Assembly (NCBI GenBank): GCA_014802535.1
Contig: JAAVCC010000011.1
Span: 95,315-159,314, forward strand
From: Bacteroides sp.
GTDB lineage: Bacteria; Bacteroidota; Bacteroidia; Bacteroidales; Muribaculaceae
Direction of reading: 5' to 3'
DNA: 64,000 nt
Below are positions 37,579 through 46,013 of the stretch, piece after piece. The notes below the pieces were generated by a model. That model was given only the letters and a program-made list of their open reading frames with translations, was not told the DNA's origin and searched no databases. The stretch's first letter is position 1. The number at the start of each line of letters is the position of its first letter. A program made the translations under genes and the position numbers.

Positions 37579-38994
37579 ATGACTGAAGTCAATACAACAA
37601 TCTGCGCTATATCAACTCCTCCGGGAGTCGGTGGAATTGCAACTGCCCGTGTTTCAGGTCCTGAAGCAATTACCATTGTATCAAAGATTTGGAAGGGAGC
37701 TAATCTCGCCAAGGCAGCAACTCATACCGTCCATCTCGGTACGATTCTCGATTCTCAAGCTCAACCACTCGATCAAGCTGTCGCCACCATCTATCGCGCT
37801 CCAAAATCATTTACAGGCGAAGATACAATTGAAATCACGATCCACGGGTCACGCTATGTTCAACGCGAACTAATCACATCCCTAATAAACGCAGGTGCTA
37901 AAATTGCTCAACCCGGCGAATTTACACGTCGCGCATTCCTTTCAAACAAAATCAATCTTGTTGAAGCAGAGGCAATTGCCGATATAATTGCATCTTCATC
38001 ACGCGCAGCCAATCAAATTGCAGTTACTCAACTCCGCAACGGATTCTCTCGCAAATTGGCCGAACTCCGCGAACAACTTTTACAGTTGGCATCGCTCATC
38101 GAACTCGAACTCGACTTCTCAGAAGAAGACGTTACTTTTGCATCACGCAAACAATTGATTGACACAGCAAAAGCTATTGATACAGAAGTAAATCGACTTA
38201 AAAACTCTTTCAAAACCGGAGCCGCCATTAAAGACGGTATCCCTGTGGCAATTGCCGGTAAAACCAATGCCGGAAAATCGTCATTGCTCAACTCTATTCT
38301 TGAAGACGAAAGAGCCATCGTTAGCGACATCCACGGCACAACTCGCGACATTGTAGAAGAAAACATCGAAATTGGCGACTACCTTTTTCGCTTAATGGAT
38401 ACTGCAGGCATCCGTTCAACCGAAGACACAATCGAGCAAATCGGCATACAGCGATCAATCGAGACAATCCGCAAAGCTCGTTTGATTCTCGCCGTAATCG
38501 ACTCTACCGAACCGATTGATAAAGAATTCATTAACACCCTCATCGAAAACGCCGAGCAAAATATAAATAACCCCTCAATAATTTTCATATTCAACAAAAG
38601 AGACATCTCGACAACCGACGAATCAGACCTTAAATCAGCCATTGATGCTCTCCTACCCTCATCTATCGACCGTCATTACGTCAGTCTCTCAGCCAAACAT
38701 CGCGACAACATACCGGGACTACTCCAAACAATGACCCAAATCATTGACAATGAAGTAAATCCCGACCAATCACAAGAAAACATCCTCATAACCAACGCCC
38801 GCCACCTCCAAATCCTCACCGAAGCCGCCCAATCAACCGGTCGCCTCCTCCAATCCCTCACCTCCAACATCTCCGGCGAACTCATAGCCCAAGATATCCG
38901 CCAAACCATCTCCATCCTCGGCGAAATCACCGGCGACATCTCCTCCCAACAAATCCTCAACAACATCTTCTCAAGATTCTGCATCGGTAAGTAG
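37579..38994 (+). CDS. mnmE: tRNA modification GTPase MnmE (TrmE)
   Basis: TICAISTPPGVGGIA, G-domain GKTNAGKSSL / DTAG, and the invariant C-terminal FCIGK-stop. Confidence 0.95.
   Translation: MTEVNTTICAISTPPGVGGIATARVSGPEAITIVSKIWKGANLAKAATHTVHLGTILDSQAQPLDQAVATIYRAPKSFTGEDTIEITIHGSRYVQRELITSLINAGAKIAQPGEFTRRAFLSNKINLVEAEAIADIIASSSRAANQIAVTQLRNGFSRKLAELREQLLQLASLIELELDFSEEDVTFASRKQLIDTAKAIDTEVNRLKNSFKTGAAIKDGIPVAIAGKTNAGKSSLLNSILEDERAIVSDIHGTTRDIVEENIEIGDYLFRLMDTAGIRSTEDTIEQIGIQRSIETIRKARLILAVIDSTEPIDKEFINTLIENAEQNINNPSIIFIFNKRDISTTDESDLKSAIDALLPSSIDRHYVSLSAKHRDNIPGLLQTMTQIIDNEVNPDQSQENILITNARHLQILTEAAQSTGRLLQSLTSNISGELIAQDIRQTISILGEITGDISSQQILNNIFSRFCIGK
38977..38994 (+). repeat. Left copy of the imperfect direct repeat (ttctgcatcggtaagtag = FCIGK-stop)
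   Basis: These are the last 18 nt of mnmE. They match 52162-52179 at 14/18 positions, or 14/15 over the core tgcatcggYaagtag. Confidence 0.55.
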
Positions 38995-39329
38995 AAAATC
39001 TACTGAATACCAAAACATAGCATTGCGTATTATAATTAAAACTTTGAAGCAGGACATCACCTACCGCAACTCCCTCCTCCGCGCCCACTCCTTCGCCCGA
39101 TTGAAACGCCTCCACAAAGACTAATCCAAACATGATATAAAATCAGTCATAATAAATTTATAATGGCACAATATACTTGTTAAACAGACCGAGGTAAATC
39201 AACAAATCCAACCTCCCAACCTTCGACTTCTAAGCCAGATTTAGCTCTGCACCCGACAAATCCTACATTTGCCCCGTGTAGAGCTACCGTTTTCGCGCTC
39301 AGGCCCTTGCATATTCAAAAATAAATCGA

Positions 39330-39337
39330 TAACTTTG
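39330..39337 (+). promoter_or_regulatory. -7 box TAacTTTG upstream of the decayed HTH gene and the methyltransferase operon
   Basis: Perfect match 19 nt before the ATG at 39356. I saw no other TAnnTTTG between here and the methyltransferase start. Confidence 0.45.
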
Positions 39338-39355
39338 CGTTAAAATTTAATTTAT

Positions 39356-39588
39356 ATGACAAGGATGATAAAAATAGAACGTCAAAAATTAAATAGAATA
39401 AAAGCTGTATTGGCAGAAACAGGTCGTACAGGTAAAAGGCTCGCGGAGCAACTAGGAAAGACCCAGTAACTGTCTCTAAATGGTGTACTAACACATCTCA
39501 ACCTGATTTTTATACACTTTAAAATATTTCGTGTTTATTAAAAGTTGACGTTAGAACACTTATAACCAATAATAACAATCAGGATTAG
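39356..39588 (+). pseudogene. Frameshifted XRE-type HTH regulator (controller-like) pseudogene
   Basis: Frame 1 reads MTRMIKIERQKLNRIKAVLAETGRTGKRLAEQLGKTQ-stop. After a 1-nt shift the reading continues as PVTVSKWCTNTSQPDFYTL-stop-NISCLLKVDVRTLITNNNNQD-stop. The ATG and the final stop are in different frames. Confidence 0.7.
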
Positions 39589-39636
39589 ATTTGAAATTCT
39601 CCTTTTTGTAACATGAATTAAAATCGAATATTCTAA

Positions 39637-40674
39637 ATGGCAAAAAAAAGGATAGAGACGATACGTGTTTTTGAAGGTTTCGCTGGTTACGGTGGAGCAT
39701 CCTTTGCTATGAAACGGCTTAATAAAATATTACCTAATACACGATTTAAAGTAGTAGGATTTTCTGAGATTTGTCAATCTGCAGTCGATTTATATAATGC
39801 AAATCATTTTGATACTTCCACTAACCGGCCTCTAAAAAACTGGGGCGATATAACCGAGATTAACGCGATAGAACTTCCTGATTTTGATATGTTTACTGGG
39901 GGGTTCCCTTGTCAGCCATTTTCAACAGCTGGGAATCGTCTAGGAGAACTAGACCCAAGGGGGTCATTGTTTGCTGATATCGTAAAGATTTGTCAAGAGA
40001 AAATGCCAAAATACATTTTTTTAGAAAATGTAGTCAGTTTATGCAGAGGTAAATGTAAACCAACGTATGAGGCTATTCTTGATATCTTTAAAGCAATTGG
40101 GTATGATGTCAAAACAGCTATTTTAAATTCCAAAGATTATGGTGTCCCGCAAAATAGACAACGATTATGGTTTTTTGGAATTCGCAGCGATCAAGGTGGT
40201 TTACCAGAAGGATTCTCTATGGTTCCTCCTGTGCAGGAATTAACACATTTTATTGAAGACTATTTAGACAAAACGCCATCAGAAGAATTATATCGAACAC
40301 AGGCACAAATCGATCACATAAAAGACATTCATAACAAGCCAATTGACTACTTTCATGTTAATGAGCGATTGTGTTATGACTATTATAATAAAAAGATTCG
40401 TTTTGACCGCATTTGTATGACTGTGACACCACCAAATCATAATGTCGTAAGAATTGTAGAGCCACCAATAAATGGCAAGGATAGATTCCGAAAGCTTTCA
40501 ACTGACGAGCATTTTAGACTAATGGGATTTACAATAGATCAGAATTATCGTGAAATTGTATATCCTGAACACTTAACATATATTGCATTAGGAGAACGTG
40601 CAGGCAATGGCTGGGAGATTAATTTAGTTACTAAACTCCTAGATCACATTTTTAAACAGCTCAATCATGAATAA
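39637..40674 (+). CDS. DNA (cytosine-5)-methyltransferase
   Basis: Motif I FEGFAGYGG, motif IV GGFPCQPFS, motif VI FLENV, motif VIII QNRQRLWFFG, motif X GNGW. Confidence 0.95.
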   Translation: MAKKRIETIRVFEGFAGYGGASFAMKRLNKILPNTRFKVVGFSEICQSAVDLYNANHFDTSTNRPLKNWGDITEINAIELPDFDMFTGGFPCQPFSTAGNRLGELDPRGSLFADIVKICQEKMPKYIFLENVVSLCRGKCKPTYEAILDIFKAIGYDVKTAILNSKDYGVPQNRQRLWFFGIRSDQGGLPEGFSMVPPVQELTHFIEDYLDKTPSEELYRTQAQIDHIKDIHNKPIDYFHVNERLCYDYYNKKIRFDRICMTVTPPNHNVVRIVEPPINGKDRFRKLSTDEHFRLMGFTIDQNYREIVYPEHLTYIALGERAGNGWEINLVTKLLDHIFKQLNHE

Positions 40675-40676
40675 TT

Positions 40677-42143
40677 ATGTATGAAGAACTTGAAATAAGA
40701 GAGGCTCTTCCCGAGGCAGCATCTATGATTGAAACATTCAGGGCTATTGGATATAGTCTTGAAACAGCGGTTGCTGATATAGTTGATAATTCAATTACTG
40801 CTGGATCTAACCGAATCTACATTAACCGCATTTGGGCCGGTGGAAATTCTGTCATCACTATTAAGGATAACGGATGTGGAATGACTGATGATGAGCTTAT
40901 ACAAGCATTGAGACCTGGAGCCCAAAATCCATTGATACATCGTGATGAAAATGATTTAGGCAGATTTGGATTAGGACTTAAAACTGCATCGTTTTCTCAG
41001 TGTAGGAAATTAACTGTTATCACCAAGAAAAATGGAGAGACCTCCTATTGGACATGGGATTTAGATTTTATTGCAGAATGTAAAAAATGGAACCTTATAA
41101 AATGGATGCCGAAAGAATTTGAACATTCTTTGGATGAAGTCGACTCAGGAACAATAGTGATATGGTCTAATTTAGACAGAATAGTTGCATCAGATATATC
41201 TAAGGATAACCTAAATGCTAAGGAGAAATTCTCTAATTCACTGCAAAAAGTTAGAGATCATCTTTCAATGACTTTTCATCGATTTATAGAAGATCGTCAG
41301 ATTTCTATAATATGGGGGTGCCATGAAATTAATCCTTGGAACCCATTTTTCCCACTTGAACCCAAATGCCAAACTTTCCCCATTGAGTATTTACATGGTA
41401 ACGTAACAATGCGTGGTTACGTTCTACCACATAGGATAAACTTCTCAACTGACAAAGTATATAATAGTGCTAAAGGCTTGAAAGGGTGGAATGGTCAACA
41501 AGGATTTTATGTATATAGAGGGAAACGTCTTCTACTATCAGGTAGTTGGTTAGGTATATTTCATAAAGAAGAAGCATACAAGTTAGCAAGAATTATGATT
41601 GATATTCCTAATAGCCAAGATGCAGAATGGCAAATTGATATAAAAAAATCAAAAGCGCAACCTCCAATTAATATAAGGGAACAAATAGAACAATATGCAA
41701 AAAGTGTTCGCAATGCAGCGGAAGAAGTTTTTAGACACCGAGGTAAAATATTACGTCAACGTAGTGGGCAAGAATTTCATCCATTGTGGCTTGAAAAAAT
41801 GAAAGATGGAAAATGGTCATATATTGTTAATCGCAAGAATCCGACTATTGCCACTATAAAGCAGATTGCATTACACAACCCTGATATAGCTATTGAAACG
41901 TTGTTAAAACTAATAGAATCAAATGTGCCGACTAAAACTATTTTCATTAATGAATCTAAAGATGAAGATAGTACCGAGCCCCTTACTTCACTGGACAATG
42001 ATGAAGTGAAGACCCTTATTAAGGCTCTTTACGAATCATTTGTTGCACAAGGACGTTCTTCCTCTCAAGCAAAAGAAGCTGTCAAACGAGTTGAACCATT
42101 TAATTTCTTTGAAGATATAATTGATAATATCAACGATTTATAA
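40677..42143 (+). CDS. GHKL (MutL/HATPase_c_3-like) ATPase, Mza-like component
   Basis: Bergerat-fold motifs: DIVDNSITAG (N box), IKDNGCGM (G1), GRFGLGLKTAS (G2). It starts 3 nt after the methyltransferase stop. Confidence 0.85.
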   Translation: MYEELEIREALPEAASMIETFRAIGYSLETAVADIVDNSITAGSNRIYINRIWAGGNSVITIKDNGCGMTDDELIQALRPGAQNPLIHRDENDLGRFGLGLKTASFSQCRKLTVITKKNGETSYWTWDLDFIAECKKWNLIKWMPKEFEHSLDEVDSGTIVIWSNLDRIVASDISKDNLNAKEKFSNSLQKVRDHLSMTFHRFIEDRQISIIWGCHEINPWNPFFPLEPKCQTFPIEYLHGNVTMRGYVLPHRINFSTDKVYNSAKGLKGWNGQQGFYVYRGKRLLLSGSWLGIFHKEEAYKLARIMIDIPNSQDAEWQIDIKKSKAQPPINIREQIEQYAKSVRNAAEEVFRHRGKILRQRSGQEFHPLWLEKMKDGKWSYIVNRKNPTIATIKQIALHNPDIAIETLLKLIESNVPTKTIFINESKDEDSTEPLTSLDNDEVKTLIKALYESFVAQGRSSSQAKEAVKRVEPFNFFEDIIDNINDL

Positions 42144-45013
42144 TGGAATTTAATCAAGTAATAGAAATTTGCCGAACTCTTATCGGAGAAAAATATACTG
42201 CAACTGATCAAGAAATTGATAATGCAATATCTATGGTATCAAAGATGGATCCCAACATCCCCAAAGATACTATAAAATTACGATTACTTTCACTCTATGC
42301 GCTTCCAATAAAGCCATATAAGACTCTACTTGACCAAAATAATCCTGGCGGAGGATGGCTTAGTTCTGAGGACTTTCTTCGAAAGAAAACAATTAAGTGG
42401 GATTTTTGGGATAGATATATTGACTACCTTAAAAAGGTTGAAAAGTACCAGCCTGGAATAATCCATCAATTAGACAAGTTAACTGATGAGATTTTAGACA
42501 ATTTGTTCGATCCAAATGAGTCTGATACCAATTTCTCGAAGAAAGGACTAGTTGTTGGTCAAGTTCAATCTGGTAAAACATCAAACTTTATCGGTCTAAC
42601 TTGTAAAGCTGTAGATGCAGGTTTTAATGTAATAATAGTTTTTGCTGGAATGTTAGATGATCTTCGGACTCAAACACAATCAAGGTTAGAAAAATGTTTC
42701 CTCGGATTTACAACAAAAGATATAAAGAAAATTAACAATAATGAGAAAATAGGCGTTGGTCTTATCAATCCAAAACCTTTGGCACACGCTTTTACTACAG
42801 TAGTTTCTGATTTTAAGGAGTCTACTATCAATTCCTTAGGTGTTAATTTTCATACTAAAGATCCCATTTTATTTGTGGTAAAGAAAAATGGGCGTATTTT
42901 AGAAAATCTCAGGAAGTGGCTTGCAACTAAAGATTTAGATGCTAAATCCGTTTTATTTATTGACGATGAGGCAGATAATGCCTCAGTTAATACATCCAAG
43001 GACCAAAAAAAAGCATCAACCATAAACCGTAAAATTAGAGAAATTCTTGATCTTTTCCGACGTAACGCTTACATTGGATATACTGCGACACCGTATGCTA
43101 ATATATTTATTGACAGGAATAACGAAAATGATTTGTTTCCACGGAATTTTATTGTAAATCTACCAACCCCTCCTGCATATTTGAGTCCAGAGAAAGTGTT
43201 TGGGTTGGGCGATGATGAAAATCCTCTACCTATTGTAAATATTGTCAAAGATTATGCTAACTTTATTCCTGACAAACACAAAAAAGATGAAATTGACACT
43301 TTAGAATTTAAGAATATTCCTGAAAGCCTAAGGTATGCTATAAGATGCTTTATTCTTTCTTGTGCTGTACGTATTCTGCGAGGACAAGGGAACAAACATA
43401 ATTCGATGTTGATTCACCTGTCAAGGTTTCAAATATGGCAAAATAGGATTAAGAAACTTATTGAACGCTGTTTCAGATTCTATCGTGATGAGATACTAGC
43501 AGATGATACCGAAATCTATGAGTTATTTAAAAACGACTATGAAAATAACTATGTTTGCAAATATGGGAAAGAACATATTGAATATAAATCATATGTTCAA
43601 ATTACCAATGAAATAATAAACTCTGAACACAAGATTCTAAAATCTGGCATTACCGCGCAACCATGGGAAGCTGTAAAAGCTCAATTGTATCGTGTAGTAG
43701 ACAAAATAGAAATCAGAGCTCTCAACGGAGCGTCTGAAGATGTGTTGACCTACGAGGAACATAGTGAAGATGGTTTATACGTTATTGCCATCGGCGGTGA
43801 TAAATTATCTAGAGGATTGACCTTGGAAGGTTTAACCATAAGCTATTTCCTTCGTGCATCAAAAATGTATGATACATTAATGCAGATGGGAAGATGGTTC
43901 GGATATAGACCAGGGTATGTTGACTTATGTAGACTATTTATAAGTGAGGAAATAAATCACTGGTTTAAAAATATAACTATTGCTAATAATGAACTTAGAG
44001 AAGAATTTGACTATCTTTGGGAAAGCAAAGGCAGCCCGCAGCAATACGCGCTCAAGGTTAGAACCAGTCCAGGATTGTTAATAACATCACCACTCAAAAT
44101 GTTTTCAACTAAAGACGTCCAAATTTCTTGGGCATCTACTCTAGTTGAAACATATTCTCTTATTAGAGATAAATTTACGAGAGAATACAATTTTAAATTA
44201 ACCGACTCACTTATTCGTAGTCTCGGATCACGATATAAAAGACAAGGTAAAGATGACCCCAGAGGTTATCTTTGGATAGATGTTCCAGTTGAACGAGTTA
44301 CTGAATTTATTGAGAATTTCAAGATAGCTGAAACGTCTCGTATTAAAATGGATCTCACAAGAATGAGTGAATATATAAAAACGTGTTCCTCCCAACTTGG
44401 AGAAATGAAGACTTGGCGTGTATTGGTTAGGAATAATCAAGTGAATAATCAGAAGCTATTCACCAACTCTAAATATAACTTTGGAGATGGTCTCATTACA
44501 GGAATTTGCACAAATCGCACTAGGGTTGGAATACCAGATCAAGATGACCATGTTTACAATTTAAAAAACTATCACCTAATTTCAGGGCCCAAAGATGAAT
44601 TTATAGATTTTGATATTCTCGATGAAGGCACATTATATTTATCAACTGCACTAGAAGAAACTAAATCTATAAAAGAGAAACTTCACGCACAAAATTCTAA
44701 TATCAAAGAATGGGTTGAGAATTACCCATCACCAACGCTGGTTCGTCAAAAATATAGACCGACCAATAAGCCACTACTAATAATTTATCCGCTAAATCCA
44801 GCTATGGCCAATATTTACGATTCCAATGGTAATCTAAAAGAAAATATTGATCAATATAACATTGATGACACCCCTTTTATTGCGTTTGCTGTTGTCTTTC
44901 CCAATAGTAATAATTCAAAAGGCGTACAATATAAGGTCAATGAAGTTAGAGACTTAATGGAAACCGAAATTAATTTCGAATCCGAAAATGATAATACTTA
45001 CCCTGATGAATAA
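42143..45013 (+). CDS. Z1 domain protein (P-loop/DEAD-like ATPase + Z1), Mza-like component
   Basis: Walker A GQVQSGKTS, DEAD-like box FIDDEADNAS, GYTATPYANIF, and the Z1 signature GGDKLSRGLTLEGL...YDTLMQMGRWFGYRPGY.DLCR. The start overlaps the upstream stop (TAATG). Confidence 0.85.
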   Translation: MEFNQVIEICRTLIGEKYTATDQEIDNAISMVSKMDPNIPKDTIKLRLLSLYALPIKPYKTLLDQNNPGGGWLSSEDFLRKKTIKWDFWDRYIDYLKKVEKYQPGIIHQLDKLTDEILDNLFDPNESDTNFSKKGLVVGQVQSGKTSNFIGLTCKAVDAGFNVIIVFAGMLDDLRTQTQSRLEKCFLGFTTKDIKKINNNEKIGVGLINPKPLAHAFTTVVSDFKESTINSLGVNFHTKDPILFVVKKNGRILENLRKWLATKDLDAKSVLFIDDEADNASVNTSKDQKKASTINRKIREILDLFRRNAYIGYTATPYANIFIDRNNENDLFPRNFIVNLPTPPAYLSPEKVFGLGDDENPLPIVNIVKDYANFIPDKHKKDEIDTLEFKNIPESLRYAIRCFILSCAVRILRGQGNKHNSMLIHLSRFQIWQNRIKKLIERCFRFYRDEILADDTEIYELFKNDYENNYVCKYGKEHIEYKSYVQITNEIINSEHKILKSGITAQPWEAVKAQLYRVVDKIEIRALNGASEDVLTYEEHSEDGLYVIAIGGDKLSRGLTLEGLTISYFLRASKMYDTLMQMGRWFGYRPGYVDLCRLFISEEINHWFKNITIANNELREEFDYLWESKGSPQQYALKVRTSPGLLITSPLKMFSTKDVQISWASTLVETYSLIRDKFTREYNFKLTDSLIRSLGSRYKRQGKDDPRGYLWIDVPVERVTEFIENFKIAETSRIKMDLTRMSEYIKTCSSQLGEMKTWRVLVRNNQVNNQKLFTNSKYNFGDGLITGICTNRTRVGIPDQDDHVYNLKNYHLISGPKDEFIDFDILDEGTLYLSTALEETKSIKEKLHAQNSNIKEWVENYPSPTLVRQKYRPTNKPLLIIYPLNPAMANIYDSNGNLKENIDQYNIDDTPFIAFAVVFPNSNNSKGVQYKVNEVRDLMETEINFESENDNTYPDE

Positions 45014-46013
45014 TTATATTTATAAATCATGGACTCGACTCGAATCCGAGAATCATACGGGATTGGTTAAGAGATTAATTTCTCGTAATATTCCATACCA
45101 AATATATTGCATCTACGATTATTCCAATAAATCGTTTGGGATTGGTGTGTCATATCCTAAGAATATTAAAATTAATTTAACTCCGTTCTCTTCTTTGAGC
45201 CGTCTAAAAATAGAGGTTTTTGAAGATACCAGTTTTAAGAATAACCTGATTCTATCAGTATTGCTATCCGAATCGGATAAAAAAGATTTATTTTCATATC
45301 TTTGTATAAATATGATAGAAGCTATAGCGGCAGCCAAAGATATATTTACGGCAACCCAGTTGTTTGGCAACACATTGTTACGCTGGAAGAAGTTATTTGA
45401 ATCAACTCTTACAGACATTCTTTCCAAAGAAGAGCAAAGAGGTTTATATGGAGAACTAGTCTTTTTAAGGAAATTAGTTAAGCTCCATCCTTTATCCCAA
45501 TATGCTGCAATACAAACATATATTGGATGTAGTCATGCACCACGTGATTTTCAAGGAAACTCATGGGCAGTAGAAGTCAAAACGACTTCCACAAATAACC
45601 CACAGCTATTAACCATCAATGGTGAACGTCAATTAGACGATTCTTTGACTGGTATTTTATTTTTATGTCACTGCTCTGTTGAAGTAATCAGAAATTTAGG
45701 AGAAACTCTTCCTGATATAATCACCGACATCAAACATATTCTGAAATCGGATTTCGCAGCATTATCTTTATTTAATGCTAAACTTTTCGAAGCAGGTTAT
45801 AAAGAAGAATTCAATCATCAATATGCAAATATCGGATATAAAAATAGATTCATCAGATATTACCATGTGCATGAGAATTTTCCCAGAATTATTGAAACAG
45901 ACCTAAGAGAAGGAGTGGGAAATGTAAAGTATGAAATTTCCTTGCCCCAATCTGATTTGTATAGAGTAACAGAATCTCTAGTTTTAGATAAATGTACGTT
46001 AGACAATGACTGA
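45006..46013 (+). CDS. PD-(D/E)XK-motif nuclease-like protein, Mza-like component
   Basis: GELVFLRKL...PRDFQGNSWAVEVKTT fits D...(D/E)xK. An alternative start lies at 44988. It overlaps both neighbouring genes by 8 nt. Confidence 0.65.
   Translation: MNNYIYKSWTRLESENHTGLVKRLISRNIPYQIYCIYDYSNKSFGIGVSYPKNIKINLTPFSSLSRLKIEVFEDTSFKNNLILSVLLSESDKKDLFSYLCINMIEAIAAAKDIFTATQLFGNTLLRWKKLFESTLTDILSKEEQRGLYGELVFLRKLVKLHPLSQYAAIQTYIGCSHAPRDFQGNSWAVEVKTTSTNNPQLLTINGERQLDDSLTGILFLCHCSVEVIRNLGETLPDIITDIKHILKSDFAALSLFNAKLFEAGYKEEFNHQYANIGYKNRFIRYYHVHENFPRIIETDLREGVGNVKYEISLPQSDLYRVTESLVLDKCTLDND

Noticed and set aside
37631-38984. Several long ORFs in other frames and antisense within mnmE (37631-37873 +, 38028-38366 -, 38379-38642 -, 38676-38984 -), and the idea that the C-rich 3' end of mnmE was imported with the island
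   Set aside because: The whole mnmE coding strand, not just its 3' end, is C-rich and G-poor with C-ending codons. That bias keeps other frames open by chance. mnmE motifs run uninterrupted from the N-terminus to FCIGK, so there is no evidence for overlapping genes or a chimeric 3' end.
39180-39300. Possible small RNA or tRNA/tmRNA fragment downstream of mnmE. It shows a 9-bp stem gctctgcac/gtgtagagc with a 23-nt loop, and strings reminiscent of tRNA arms.
   Set aside because: I could not fold a cloverleaf, a T-arm GTTCGAATC-type loop or a tmRNA-like end on either strand. A lone hairpin without a U-run is not enough to call an RNA gene or terminator.
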